From assembly GCA_047495785.1 (NCBI GenBank), contig JBLDXI010000032.1, positions 930,001 to 994,000 of the forward strand: a DNA stretch of 64,000 bases, given 5' to 3'. The first letter of the stretch is position 1. Each line of letters opens with the position of its first letter. The DNA is from Lepidodermella squamata (Eukaryota; Animalia; Gastrotricha). Positions 1 through 12,895 of the stretch are shown piece after piece. Made by a program: the position numbers and the translations under genes. A model generated the notes under the pieces. That model was not told the origin of the DNA and made no database searches. It saw only the letters and a program-made list of their open reading frames with translations.

Positions 1-763
1 AATATTAGTGATAACGCCGGCTTTTCAAAGAGATGATTAGACCTCGCACTGAAACTCACAATTATAGCAAATTTTATGGTAATTTACTTGGATTTTTTAG
101 TAATTAAATTCCGAATATTCTGAAAAGGCAATTTTGGGCGAATCTATGATTGAAAATTAAGTCCTTATATGGTCGAATTCGGTCAAGCTAATCGAATTGA
201 TTTTTCTCCAAGGAAATTCCGAATTACATTGGGAATTTCGAAAATATATGTGATTAGTTACTAATATTAATTTTTTGAAAAATGTCCCAATTTTTGAAAC
301 TTGAATGAACTTGGGAATAGACGAATTTTTTCAGGGAGCTCGAAAACTTTCTAAAGATGAGCTTGAAAAATTCTACAGATGGTTAAAAAGTTTAAAGTTT
401 AGAATCGGCGATGAATCGTGAGCCTATTCAACAACAGCGAAGTACGGAGGGAATTTTTCCATATTTTTATACTCGAAACGGCATTCCACAAGAAAATTCT
501 AGATTTTGCGAGTTTACAGTTCATTTTAGGAAAAAACGGGATCTTTTTGTTTCTTGCTTATAGTTAGCCTTGTACATAGATAAGCCGGGAGCTTAGGAAC
601 AATTTCAAAGCTTTTCGAAGTGAACAGAATTAAATAGAAATCGAACTTGAAGCTTGAAGCCTCAAATGAATCATAAGTCATTTTGAAATAATTGGGAAAT
701 TTGCATTTTCAATCGCATTTTAAAGGGCGATAAATTCCTAAGTTCGATAAACAAATAAATTAC

Positions 764-3445
764 CGCTGGGTGATCAAGTCCAGGGTCGACAATCCAGCCA
801 CAATTGCTGTTCGGTGGATAAGCGTCTTGACCAAAGCTAAAAAGAAAGTCATTTTCTATCTTTAAAATCCTGAAATTTAAAAAATAATCTTACTTCGGGC
901 TTCTAATTTCGCCATTCTTTTCGTGAAGAATCTGAGCCGTGCCTTCGCAGCCTGGGAACGGTAGAACAGCCGTATATTGAACGCGGAATCCTCGTCGCTC
1001 GCCGGAGAAATCGGACCGGAAAACCAGCAGTAGGGTATTCTGAGACGCCCGAATCGCCAGTGGCATGTTACCAGGGCCGCCCGAGCCGCAATACCGGCCG
1101 TAAGACCGCGCATCATCCGATGTGGCACCCTCGAAAATTTCAAGAAAATCGTAAGAACAACGCCGGTGGCCGTTGTAATTGTTGTTATTCACTCCATTAG
1201 GGGCATTTAGACCGTTTCCGAACGACGGCTGTTGGCCATGAGATTCAATCTAAGCCAAAAAGTTTGTAAAAAAGAATGCTCGAAAATAAAATAATTGAAA
1301 TTTACATCAAAATCGACGAAGGACAGCGATACGAAAAACGAATCTGGAACTCGGATCAGCCATCGGCACTTGAAAAAAAAAAAATAAATATTAAGTTAAA
1401 TTTGAAAAAGAATTGAATTAATATTTATAAAATTTTCTAATTTTTTGTAAATTTTTTGTAAAATTCAATTACCTCAGCATTAGATGGGTAACGTCCGTAG
1501 CCGAAATTAGGTGAAATAATTTCGCCAGTCCTTCCTTTGAGTTCCATAATACCACCATCGCAGCCTGGGCTAGCAGAAACGATCGAGTAGTTGGCTGAGA
1601 AGCCGAAATCTTCGCGGCTAAGATCGGACTGGAAAACGACGAAGAGGTAATTTGAAGCGGATCGGATGGGCACCTTCGGCAGGGCGCGACCACAGAAGCG
1701 ACCGACAACGGGCGCTGTTGGATCGCGGCCATCGAAAATTTCAACGTAATCGAAGGTGCAGCCTCGAGTTTCCAATCTGGAAAAAATCGAATTAAAATTA
1801 AAAATTACTTCAAAATTTAAAAAAAAATATTTTCAATTTTAAAATGTCCCAATATCAAAAATTCATAATTTCAAAAAATCCAGCTTAATTTTGGTTTTTT
1901 TCAAAAAATTTCAATTTTTAGTTGCATCAATTTACCCATATTCCAGACGAAGTTCTTCGAATTCGAATAACACTACTCGACCACGAGGCGCCGTAATAAG
2001 CCACTCGCAATGGCTACCAGGCGGGTATTGACCCCGGCCGAAATTAGGCGAGTGGAATTTGCCGGTACTAGCCGTTAAAATTGTCGCACCGCGCGCGCAA
2101 GTCGCATCTTCCATAGCTCCACGGTTCGACGACCTGGCCGTTGCCTTCATTTTCTTACCCTCCCCGCCAAATAGGAACAAATTCGACGAAGGCCGATTTA
2201 GTGCCTCATCCGCAGACGGGCCAGACATTGGGAAGTCGAGCAATTCGTAACGAGTTTGGGCTGAGATGATTTCATTCCCGTCCTCGCTGTTCGGCCCGAA
2301 TTTTTCCAACGATGCGATGTGGAGGCGACCGTCACGGCCGATTGCAATGTCACTGGGTGGAACGGCGGTGTATTCGAGTTCGAAGCCGTGGTCTTCTTTG
2401 AAGCCGTCAGATTGGAAAACAACTTGAACTTCGTTGTAGACGGAAACAACAGGGCGAGGCGTGGCGTCTGAGCAGTAGCGGCCGATGAGTTGGTGGCGCT
2501 GGCGGTAGTCATTGCCGTCGACGATTTCCAGATAGTCACCCTCGCAACCACTGGCCGCCTCGGCGGCTACGATTCCGATGTCAAGCGCTGGCATAATCAT
2601 TGAAGTTCGACCTGAAAAAAATTGAAAAATTAATTTCTATTCGAGCTTGAATATTTTTCGAATGGGATAATTCATTTCACTGGGCAAAAATATTTTTGAA
2701 AAAATTGAGAAAATTAAGAAAAATTGAGATGAAATTTTGAAATCGGATCCGTTTCCAACTTTGAATTTTGAAATTTTAAATTAAATTTGCAAATTTATCA
2801 AATTTAAACGTTAAATGTTTTCAACAATTTTTGAATTCAAATTAAAAAAACTTCGAATAATTTAGTGCCATTACGCTTAAATTTAGCGCGCTGGAACCTC
2901 AAATTAAGTGACACAAATATTTAGACCCATTAATAATTACAATGAAGATTTTTTCCAAGTCGTTAATTTGACCGCAAAAACGTAACCCAGGTAATAAAAC
3001 ATGTTCGCATTTTGTTTGACCAAGAAAACTCACTCTGGAAGTGTGAATTTGCTTGAAGCCGTACGATATCCGAAGCTAGGCCAGGAGCGACATTTCCACC
3101 AACCGACGCTTGGCTTCGGCTGCGACTCGGCCGCGGCGTGTCATCGATTTGCAGCGATGAAATATTCAAGAAAATGACATGATTCGCCGGTGCCGCGAGG
3201 GTCCATCTGCATAGCGTATTCGGCGGGTAGAAGCGGCTCTGGCCGAAATTAGGACTCCGAAGCTTGCCGGGGGTGTAGGGCGCGACGTTGAGGCGATACG
3301 GGGCGTAGGCGTTCGTTCCGGTTGCAAGGAGACACGCGACTGATGCGTCGACTGAAGAGTCATTATCTTGGGACATTACGCTGCCGAGAAGTACAAGGCA
3401 GCTAGTAGCTACCAGGGCGAAGCGCCCTCGATGAGTTTCTAACAT
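764..3445 (-). CDS. Secreted multi-CUB-domain protein (cubilin/tolloid-like CUB repeats), 3' end not resolved in window
   Basis: Phase-consistent GT-AG exons 3445-3034, 2611-1936, 1776-1473, 1368-1306, 1249-894, 836-764. N-terminal hydrophobic signal (RFALVATSCLVLLGSVMS). Three complete CUB domains (SPNFG..YP.N..C.W, C..DY(L/V)EI.DG, G(R)(Y/F)C, F.SD....GF...Y) and the start of a fourth. Confidence 0.9.
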
Positions 3446-4702
3446 AATTCTGCTAAAATGAGAAAATTGGAAAAAATTAATTGAAGGGATTTTCTCGTCT
3501 TGGAAAATTGTTTAAGCAGTTAGGCTAATAAGCAAGTTGTAGAAGGCAAGTTTAAGGACAGCAGGTGACGTTGCGGTGAAGCGTGAATGCCGGTTGAGAG
3601 GCACGTATTGAACGGGTGGAATTCTGGAAATGTCGCAAAGGGCGTGCGCGGCGCGTCACTCGCGCAGATTACTACCGTCTTTGAGCGTCGTCGAGTGGCG
3701 ATAAGCCGCGCTCGGTCACGTCCACATATTATTTAATAATTTAAATTTGAGCGCAACTCTCGCTTTCGGATTGAAAATGCGCGAAAATGCCGACGACCGA
3801 AATGATGCCGGTCGGCACAGAGTGGAAACGTGCGCGCTTTGACGGCGGCGGTTTGACATTGACAAGCTTGAGAGAGAGAGCGAGCGAATCCTCGTCATTG
3901 TTTTTAACACCACGTGTCTATGTTTGTATATATTGCTGCTCATCTTTGTTCATCGCGCAAAGGCCAAAACCAACAAATAACTTGCCGATAAAAGAAAATG
4001 GCGCGTGATCGCCGAGGACACCGCTACCGGTTTGCCTTGCGTGTACGTAATAACACTGCGCGTGTATTGTTTTAAATCATTAACGAGGAATTAAATCTGT
4101 ACTTACTTGGAACGCGCGTAGTAAAAGAATATTTACAAGTATCATTATTATTATTATTATTATTACCCGTGTGTGTGTGTAAAATTTTTCATTGCCGCAG
4201 TGACCTCGGCGCGACGATCGCCATCGCTTAATTGCTTAGAGCGCCGCCTGATGACCCATCTTCGCCATTTCGTGCCGTGTCCTCATAGCCTGTCCTCCAT
4301 AAAGATGGATCGCACTGATAATAAAATGCCTTACACGACGTCAAAAGGTTAAGCACCGAACACGCAATAACTTACAAATTATGTCAAAGTACTAACATTA
4401 CTGCGGATTAACAATGTAGCAACAATTGTTTGGTGTACCTGGTATGCCGCTTGAAATTGACACGAGACGCAAAATCTTGACATGCCTTAAGACGCTGTAA
4501 TTAGGAATTTCTGACGTTTTCTAGGATCGAGATAATTGCCTCAATAGCTTCTCAACAAAATGCGAGCGCTTCTGACGCCAAGGAATGAAAGTCATGATTT
4601 TTATTCAATAAAATCCATTTAAATTAAAATCACAACAAAAACATTGAAATTCAAGAAAATTGCGATAAATAGGAGGAACAATTTAAGAATTTCTGATGAT
4701 TG

Positions 4703-7700
4703 CTAGTAGACCTCAAAACTGGGTGAACAGCTAGAGATAGGCGTGAATTCACCGGTTCCCATTTGAATAAAATGGCAGAAGTAGCACATTCGATAGGTTC
4801 CACGTGGTTGTTCCACTGTAATTTAAAAAAAAATACAAAATCCGTAAAATACCGAAATATTTCACTTACTTGGTATAGACCATTCCAAGACTGCCAAGCC
4901 TTTCACGCCATCGAATGGAAGTTTCCGGTCCCAGCTGAACCTCGTCTCCCACTCAGCATCAGTACAGATAGTCTTCCATTTGCCGTTATCCCTTAGCCGA
5001 TCGACATGCATAAACGCCGTGTGATTTTGAAACAGTGAAATTCGCGGATTTGCGCCGACAAATCGCACCGTTGCGGCCTCGCCACGCGCGTATTTCGGCT
5101 GGGGTGATTGAATCAAGTCGCCGAATTCATGACCAGGCTGCGGCGTATCAGCGATAGGTTGCGGCAATACGGCTGGCCAGAGTTTTTCTTTGAAATAAGG
5201 CGGCTTCGGGCCTTGGTCGATTTTCGAATTGTGAATCAAAGCTTTCGCCAAATCGCTGAAGATTTCGAGATACGCCTTCAGGGTGTAGGGTCCGTAAATA
5301 TTGGAAGCGCCCTCGTAACGCTGGTCTTGGTACTCTTCGAACGTAGTAACGTAATGGGTGTAAACGTTGGAAAGGCCTGATATGATGACGGTAACGTTGA
5401 GACCAGCGGTTTCGAATTCTTTGGCTACAGCTTTTATCAAGCGACGACCAGCCATGGTTCTGAAAAATTAAAAAAGAAATTATAAAAATAATTAGTCTAT
5501 TATTCAACTTACGTGAATTCGCCTGGGACTCCAAGAATAACAATCTGGCCGATTTTGGCTATTTGAACATCGACTACAGTCGGGTGCCATGGGTAAGGAA
5601 AGTTGAGCTGAAAGTTCAAATTTGAAAAATTGAAAAAATTCAGAAATGTTCCTCAATTTTTTTTATTCAAAATTTAAAAAAAAATTTCAATTCCAATTTT
5701 TCAATTTTTAATAATTTCTCAAAAATTTCAAAAATTCAACGATTGAAATTTCAAATGTTTGATTTTCCGAACTCACCAATCCTGAAGGGATCAAAATCGG
5801 CTTCGGAGCATGACATTCGACCATGCTCGGCGGAGGCTTGGCCAAAATCCCGCTAATACTGCTCCAAAAAATGTTGCCGACTGTTGTACCCTGCGAGAAA
5901 AACGGCAAACCCGGACCATCGGTGGTTCCAGCTCCGAAAGAATAACCCAACGCCGGGATACAAAGGCGTTTCTTATTTTTCTTCCCCTTGCCAAGATCGA
6001 CCGCATATTTCGTCATATCAACGTATTTATGCACGACTTGAACGCCGCCTCGAAGGCCCTGCGAAAATGTGTCCTCGTAGATTTCCATCGCTTTCTGAAA
6101 CTGAGCTTCGCCAATCATTCGAGTACTTTCAACCATGTTCGCGCCCGGGCCGAATGCGACGCATTTATTTGGCCGGCCGTTGCACGTTGATTTCAGCAGG
6201 TCGCACGGCAGCCCGGTGTCAATGCAGCGAGGTCCGTCAGTATTGGGTGACACATCCCCTTCGGCTGATTGCGCGAAAGCTGCGACGAATTTCGTGCGGC
6301 CGACTAAGGACTGAGGTTCAATGGTACGCTCGAATCGCTGCGAAGCGTAGCCTTTATTGTCGCCTGATATCATGCCATTTTCGTGCGTCATCGAGACACC
6401 ATGAACGGGAAACCAACTGCAAAATAATCAAGATTAAAATTGTAAATCATATCTCCAAATTTTTGGAAATTAGAGGTTCCAGCGATAAATTTTTTATATT
6501 TCGGCAGTTTGTTCTTGAGCGATGCTGATATCCCATGACCTTGTGATTACTCATTTTAATTACATGGTACCATAAGGAAGGTAGAAAAATGTTCAATGTA
6601 GGCTTCCAAGACTTCTAATATCGGAGAAATCACTGATTTGTGAAATCGATACTTGGAATCGATATCGGCTCTTCATTTTGAAGTATCTATAAATCCCAAT
6701 TATGCGCAGTAGATGTATTGATTAAGCATTATAATAAAAAATTGTAATTCTAAGAATGAGGTATAAAAAACCGGATTATGGGAAAATGGAAAGCTGGAGC
6801 TTCAAACTTTTAGTGCTGGGACCCTAATTTTAGGGTGTTAACTCAGCACACCTTTGAAAAAATTTGAAAATAAATAATTCGAACCTGTTTCTATCTCATC
6901 TCTTATCTTCATCAAATTTTATGAGTTTTCCTGAAGTTCCTGGAATTCTCTGGAAAATTTTTTGAAATTTTTGAAATTTAATTTAAATTTAAAAATTGTA
7001 TAATCAAATTTCATTTTGTAGAAAAAAGTCTAAAATAATTATGTAAACCTACTTGATTATCCCAACAGGTTCGAAATGCGGGAAGCTGATAATTTTCAGC
7101 AGATGCATCGTCTGATCCGTATCCGTTTCATGCTTCGCTCGTTCTTGCTCTGGGTTCTTCAAATAAGCCGTCGGACTTCGATTGATATGCGCACTCGCCA
7201 ACTCGCCGTTGTTGTAGTACATTTTCACCGGCCTAATATTTTGATGAGCTTTCCGAATCGCCTCGATAATTCCAGTGACGTATTTGTCATGACTTTCTCG
7301 AACGAATCCAAGTGAACTGACTTGAAATAGGAAATGCTCGAGGTAACCAGCCGTTGCCGAGTGAGTGTGGGTAGCGCTGATCATCACATTAGCCGCGTTG
7401 TACATGCCACCGTAGAGAGATTCGAGGTATTTTAAAACATCGAGCTTCACCATAGGCGAAATACTGCCCATTTCGGCGCACACGTAGACGAAACGATTTG
7501 CGGCTAGAGATAGGCTGTCGGTGAAAATGAAGGCCCGAGCGTAGACGCGAAGATGTATACCCTTTGCGACTTGCTCACTCTTGGCATATCCCATCTTAAA
7601 AAAATTTAATTTAATTTTTTTTAAATTCATACAAGTAATCAATCTCTTACCAAATTTACATCTGCAGCGGGCCCAGTTATGTCACCGATTCCGGCACCAA

Positions 7701-7794
7701 CATAATACCGATCGCTAGGTAGAAAAAACACAGCCGCGCTAAGACTAGCGTAGCTCAGAAGCAGGAATAAAAGTTGGAAAATTGACGCTTTCAT
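4703..7794 (-). CDS. ASAH2: Neutral/alkaline non-lysosomal ceramidase (~707 aa)
   Basis: Exons 7794-7651, 7594-7053, 6416-5777, 5607-5513, 5459-4870, 4815-4703 sum to 2124 nt in frame. Signal peptide and motifs GIGDITGP, ATHTHS, FPVHG, SGDNKG, GDVSPN, PALGYSFGAGTTDGPG, PGEFTTMAGRR, Y..QRYEG. AATAAA on the minus strand at ~4600. Confidence 0.95.
6450..6852. mobile_element. MITE, inverted relative of the 8667-9090 element, in a ceramidase intron
   Basis: 6642-6672 (aaatcgatacttggaatcgatatcggct) and 6805-6852 (tttagtgctgggaccctaattttagggtg...cacacc) are reverse complements of 8846-8876 and 8667-8713. Boundaries approximate. Confidence 0.75.
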
Positions 7795-8666
7795 TTTGCG
7801 TTTAAAATGATGCGAATGACATCACACTGAAATTTGTTGTCCAAATTCATGTTCTATGCGGCAACAAGGTGTCTGTCAAGAAGATTAGCGGTCGATGAGT
7901 GGCTGTGAGTTGGCGGATGGCATCGCATATAGTGGCTGGTTTCAACAGGGTGCGCACAGCTGGGCGACCCGCGCCCGCCAGCCAAATCCGCTCTTCACCG
8001 GCCACGTCTAGTCAGTCATGCACCAGCTTGTGTCAAGTGCAATGTGAAAAGGGACATATTTTGACCGATTTAGATGTCCGATGTTAAGCGCGAGACATTT
8101 GGGCGATTTCCGGTGTTTAGTACATTGCCGAAAATGCTGAAAATTTGAAAGCGTAAAACATCGAGCTCGTAGATTTGGAGATTTCAGATCGTATTATTTA
8201 GAGGGGAAATGTGAGTAAGAACATTAAGAATTACGTGAGTTATATAAATATGAGCAGTGATTGAAAATTAAGACATATTTGAGTAATTTGAGTGACATAT
8301 CGCGAACGAAAACTCCACTGGCAGAAATTTCGTAGCTAAAACTTTCCAGCTGTGAATAGGTATTTAATATTTGAAGGGGATTCAATTCCAATTCGACCGA
8401 CGACCAAACTGATGATTTGTTTTCGAAATGGGCCGAACGGGGAGTGATTCATCAAAAAGCAAATCGGGATAAATCGGGATTAGCTTTTTCACTGTTTCCT
8501 TTGGCGCAACGATGAAGCGGGAAAATACACGCTGAATCATAGCAACCGTCGTCAAGGGCTTTTTCTCTTCATTTGTTTCGAGTTTCTGCGACTTCTCAGT
8601 CTGCAAACCTTTCATAAAAAACGTTAAAAAATTTCGAATAAATCTTGGCAATCAATTCTCAGAATT

Positions 8667-9090
8667 GGGTGTACTAAGTCCGCACCCCAAATTTAGGGTT
8701 CCAGCACTAAATTTCCGGTTTTTTCGAATTTCTAGTCTTCACTACAATCTCAAATGTTGTGTTATCATGCCTAACCGATTGACCTTCATATTACGCGTAT
8801 TTCGCGCTATGAGCGGTCAGTTTACGAATTATACTTCATCCTATAAAGCCGATATCGATTCCAAGTATCGATTTTACATATCAGTGATTTTCCCGATATC
8901 AGTCGTCTCGGAACCCAACATCGATTATTTTTCTACGTAGCTAAAATAAAAAATCCTAAGATCAGGGAGGGCATCAGTATCGATCAAAAACCGAAAACGC
9001 CGAAGTCGCAAACAATCTGAAAAATGTAGCGCCAGGATGCTTAGATTTAGTGCTGGAACCTCATTATTAGTGGTGGAAATATTTGGACCC
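8667..9090. mobile_element. Mutator-like (MULE) MITE with 9-bp TSD
   Basis: GGGT...ACCC termini, imperfect ~48-bp TIRs sharing ggttccagcactaaa, exact flanking duplication CTCAGAATT (8658-8666, 9091-9099). A TIR fragment also occurs at ~2881-2927. Confidence 0.85.
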
Positions 9091-9377
9091 CTCAGAATTC
9101 CCATGAGTTAGCATTTTCGCTCTTTAATAGGTTCTAATCGTTCAACTACCACCGCTGAAGCAAAAAGAAAGAAGATCTGGCAATCACTCTTCAGAACTTT
9201 TATTTGCAAACAAATAAATTTATCATTTTTTTCCGGTAGGTGAATTGCAAACGAGTTGTCGTTGCATTAGTGCTGAGCAGATATTGACCGACGCGTCATC
9301 CGACGTCGGTTATAACAAGGCAGAAATAATATGTTGATCACAAGATTTGTTTTTGTCTTTTGACTATCGAGGTTTGA

Positions 9378-9817
9378 TCAATTGTGAGAACCGTGCTTTT
9401 GTTTAATCATCTCACGCAACGCATCTTCGCTTTCTTTCAACGACTTTTCCAGATTCTTCTTCTGCGCCTCGATTTGAACTTGCTTCTCTTTGCTGTTCTT
9501 GACTCGATCTTGGAACTCCTCTTTCAGCTCCTTATTAGGCCGCAAAATGAAGCTAGAAACGAAACGGATTTACTAAAATTCGACTGTTGCTAGTTTCAGA
9601 CTTACGCTCGGCCAACACTTTCAAAAAGGCGAATATTCGGGTTGGCAGCCGTGTTGCTTTCGATTTCTTTCGAGACCAGATTGGCGTGAAGTTCCGATCG
9701 CTTGTAGCTCTCGAATTGAGCATCGATTTGCTTCATGTGCTGCTGAGTGATAATCATTCGTTCCTGTTGTTCCTGGAACGCCTTCTTCAACTCCAGATCA
9801 ACTTCGGGCTTCGACAT
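9378..9817 (-). CDS. PFDN1: Prefoldin subunit 1 (128 aa)
   Basis: Exons 9817-9606 and 9552-9378. VDLELKKAFQEQQ.RMI.TQQ, FESVGRAFIL, LEKSLKESEDALREMI match PFDN1. Confidence 0.92.
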
Positions 9818-9865
9818 CTTACAATAATAACTCTAAAATGGGAGAAGAATTGCGTAAAATCGCGA

Positions 9866-10506
9866 TTAATTGCCACGTTTAAGCTTATCAAATCGGTAAT
9901 AAATAGAGCATGCCAAAGATTCGAGCATTTCTTGACTAGCGTCTGGAAGAACGTCCAGCTCAATGCGAGCGGGGTTACCACGAGCTACCGCCAGGGGTGG
10001 AACTACCATCTCAGGCGGGACGTAGGTTCCGTCAGCGATAACGCAGCCGGATTTCAGAACAGCTAAACGGCCAATGACGCAGTCTTGGCCAATCACAACA
10101 CCAGACTCTATCAAAGCAGCTGAGACAACAGATCGAGCACCAATTATGACACCGGAACCTATTTCGAGAGGTATGAAACCGAGAGCGCCACCAGAAACAC
10201 GCTTGAAGGGTGGTCTGAGGACCACTTCTGGAGCAATAATGCAATACCTGATGACATGGTGATTCGTGGATTTTACAATACCGAGTGCGTAAATCATTAC
10301 CTGTCGATTTTTATCTTGCACATGTCGCCTCGCATCACAACTCCTTCCATTATGATAGCTTTACCGATGATTGTGACGTTTTTGTTACCGACTACGAAAG
10401 ACTTGCGACTGAGCTTGATTCCGGTAGTTGTTTCGATAACATCGTTAACAGAGAACGATCCCTCGCTCAGTTGAAGGTTAACGCCGACTGACTGCAACAA
10501 ATCCAT
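9866..10506 (-). CDS. DCTN5: Dynactin subunit 5 (p25), left-handed beta-helix (195 aa)
   Basis: Exons 10506-10301 and 10247-9866 joined by a 53-bp intron. IETTTG.KLSRKS..VG..N..I.GK.II, RGD, RYCII....VLRPPFK, hexapeptide repeats, GNPA, LP...QE. Confidence 0.9.
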
Positions 10507-12895
10507 GCAGCAAACTGCTGCTTTCTTAATTCTATCTATTCAGTTTTGCGATATATTTATAGTTTATAGAGGCCAAGAAGCTTTCAGAAATCATTTAGTT
10601 TCCTCCAAGACTAGTTTTACTGGTGACATTTCTTGTACCATAGAATGCTTCAAATGTCGAATTTAATGTTTCCGCTTAAAATTTAATGGTGACTGTATTG
10701 TGAGACATTTTTGTCAGACTAGTATCATACCCTCTCAACTCATGTAATTTCAATAACGTTTAAGAAATATGTTAGAGTCTGGGGCTTTAACAATAAAACT
10801 CATTCATTCATTCAAATGTCGACGTTTGGGTAAGGTTCGGACTGCTGTTGCTGGTGGGCCACCCGCTCGCCTATTGTACCCACTTTAGACGATACGAAAA
10901 TTCTCCGCGGCAAAATATTCAGCGTTGTCGACAGGATCCCCGATAATGAACAAAATCGTAAAAATTCATGACGAACGCATCACGCATCCTGTAACTTTAA
11001 TAGGACCCAGGACCCAGGACACCAACTACAGCCCGCCCAAGATCGTCAAATTTTGGTTTCTAGAAATATCAACGCTTTCTCTAGTCAAAATATCCTTACT
11101 TCAGCTACCTTAGTTCCTGCTGACAGCTGCCACTTCTTCGCTATTGCAGAAATCCGCTGATATACTGATTAGCAGCCGCCTGACATCGTTAACTATACAG
11201 CCACGTTTATACCCGCTACAAAAATATCTGACTCATCTGCCCGAATATCTGGTGATCATACCGTGTACAGCAACAAGAACTTCGTTCCAAGAAGGGCAAC
11301 ACCGCTTGAAACTGCTTCCCGAAACCAGAACCGAGACAACAACCTTTCGCGTCGCTTTGGAAAAAAAATTGCCGCAGGTTTTTTCACAAAAACAAAATTT
11401 GATCTTTATGAATAAAGTTATGGCGTGATCTGTATTTGAACATCAGAATAAATATATAATTGAACATTTTTTTGTGACCGATTTCGGGGATTTGGTGGTT
11501 TTGCTGTTCGGCGTCGCTTCGAGCGATGCGGAAGCCCAAATCGCTGACGTGTCTCATTGCCATCGCCGATTTCCGAACTCCCTGTCACCATTATATGTAT
11601 TTAGGAGTTCATTATATTCAGCTCTTGTTTGTTTCGGGTAGTATCCACAACTCGTATTGCATTTTGCCTTTTGCCTCAGGTTTGAGCTCGTAGTCTCGGG
11701 CGCGGCCTGAAGCCTGAAACTATGCTCACAACTCACAAATCGCTCTACTCAAGGTTTGATGGTTCGAACCTATGTTCGTGCTACACGATATATGTGTTTC
11801 TATGGTTGTAAGTTTTCATATTTCATCAATGATGTTGTTCAATCGAGGACTCCTTGGCTACTCTTTGGCTCTTTTGAGACCCCGGCGAACATTCGCAGAT
11901 GTTCGTCCAAAAAGCAAAAAGTCTGCTCTAGAAACGGCCTTTGCTGCAAACTTGGCGGGGATTTTAATTATAAAGCAGTATCAAATCGACTCTTAAACGA
12001 TGTATCTTAAATTATTAGTTTACATTTTCCTACTTCTTTTTCGACAATCTTCGTCTTATAGAAATATCTCCCAACAAGACACAGGTTTTACGGCAGAATA
12101 AAACTGCTTACTGGCTGTCGAGAGGCAGTAATCGTAACTTAGCAATATGGCTGCAATCAGATAGTCCCGTTTGACGGCCTTTGGCTTCTACAAAGTACCA
12201 AGTGTTATCAGTACCCTTCCGCCCTACCCAATAGCGACCAAATACGGCATATATGAACGTGGAGGGAATTGTAAGCATGAATTATTTTAACCAAGTTGCT
12301 GGAGATGCTGCGACAGCACAGTCTTTATTGCTTTTTTCAAATCATTCATTTGATTGATTCTATCTAGGCAATATATTGCATGTCTGCCCAGTGCAAAATT
12401 CAATTTTGCCGTAAAGCCGGCGGGGCTATCAAATCGTTTTACCATGCTGGTCTAAGATCTACCTGGCCAGTGCTAGAACTCTGTTGTTAGTGGAAAATCT
12501 TTCATTTAGAAATCAGGATTTAAATTATCTACGACACTTGAAATGATTAACGATTTCCTGAATAGATTTCTCAATCTTTGAATTACTTATATGGAGGCAT
12601 GCGAGGAGTTGTATCGCAGACTCAGGCGGCAGGCTTGTAAGTAAAGTCGTTCACCCTATTGCCGGCAAAAATGCTCCTACGTTCCATGTCTTAACTTTTT
12701 CCTTTGTGGAATAGTTATGACTCGTGTTGAGAGACCCATCTCGACAAATCCTTGCATCAGCTGAGGCGTACGCTTGCACTTTCCTCATTCTTGAGGCTCT
12801 AAATGTCATGCTCTAAATTAACTTGACAATAATTTTTCATTTTCAGATGACTTATATTTATCACTGATATTCGTTTTCAAGAATAGCAGACACTA

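Noticed and set aside
1-48. Possible next CUB-gene exon after the minus-strand TTTCAG at ~49-54
   Set aside because: In the required phase it reads CEV-stop and would truncate CUB4; not supportable without transcripts.
10248-10321. Apparent frameshift between two DCTN5 ORFs
   Set aside because: Resolved by a canonical 53-bp GT-AG intron.
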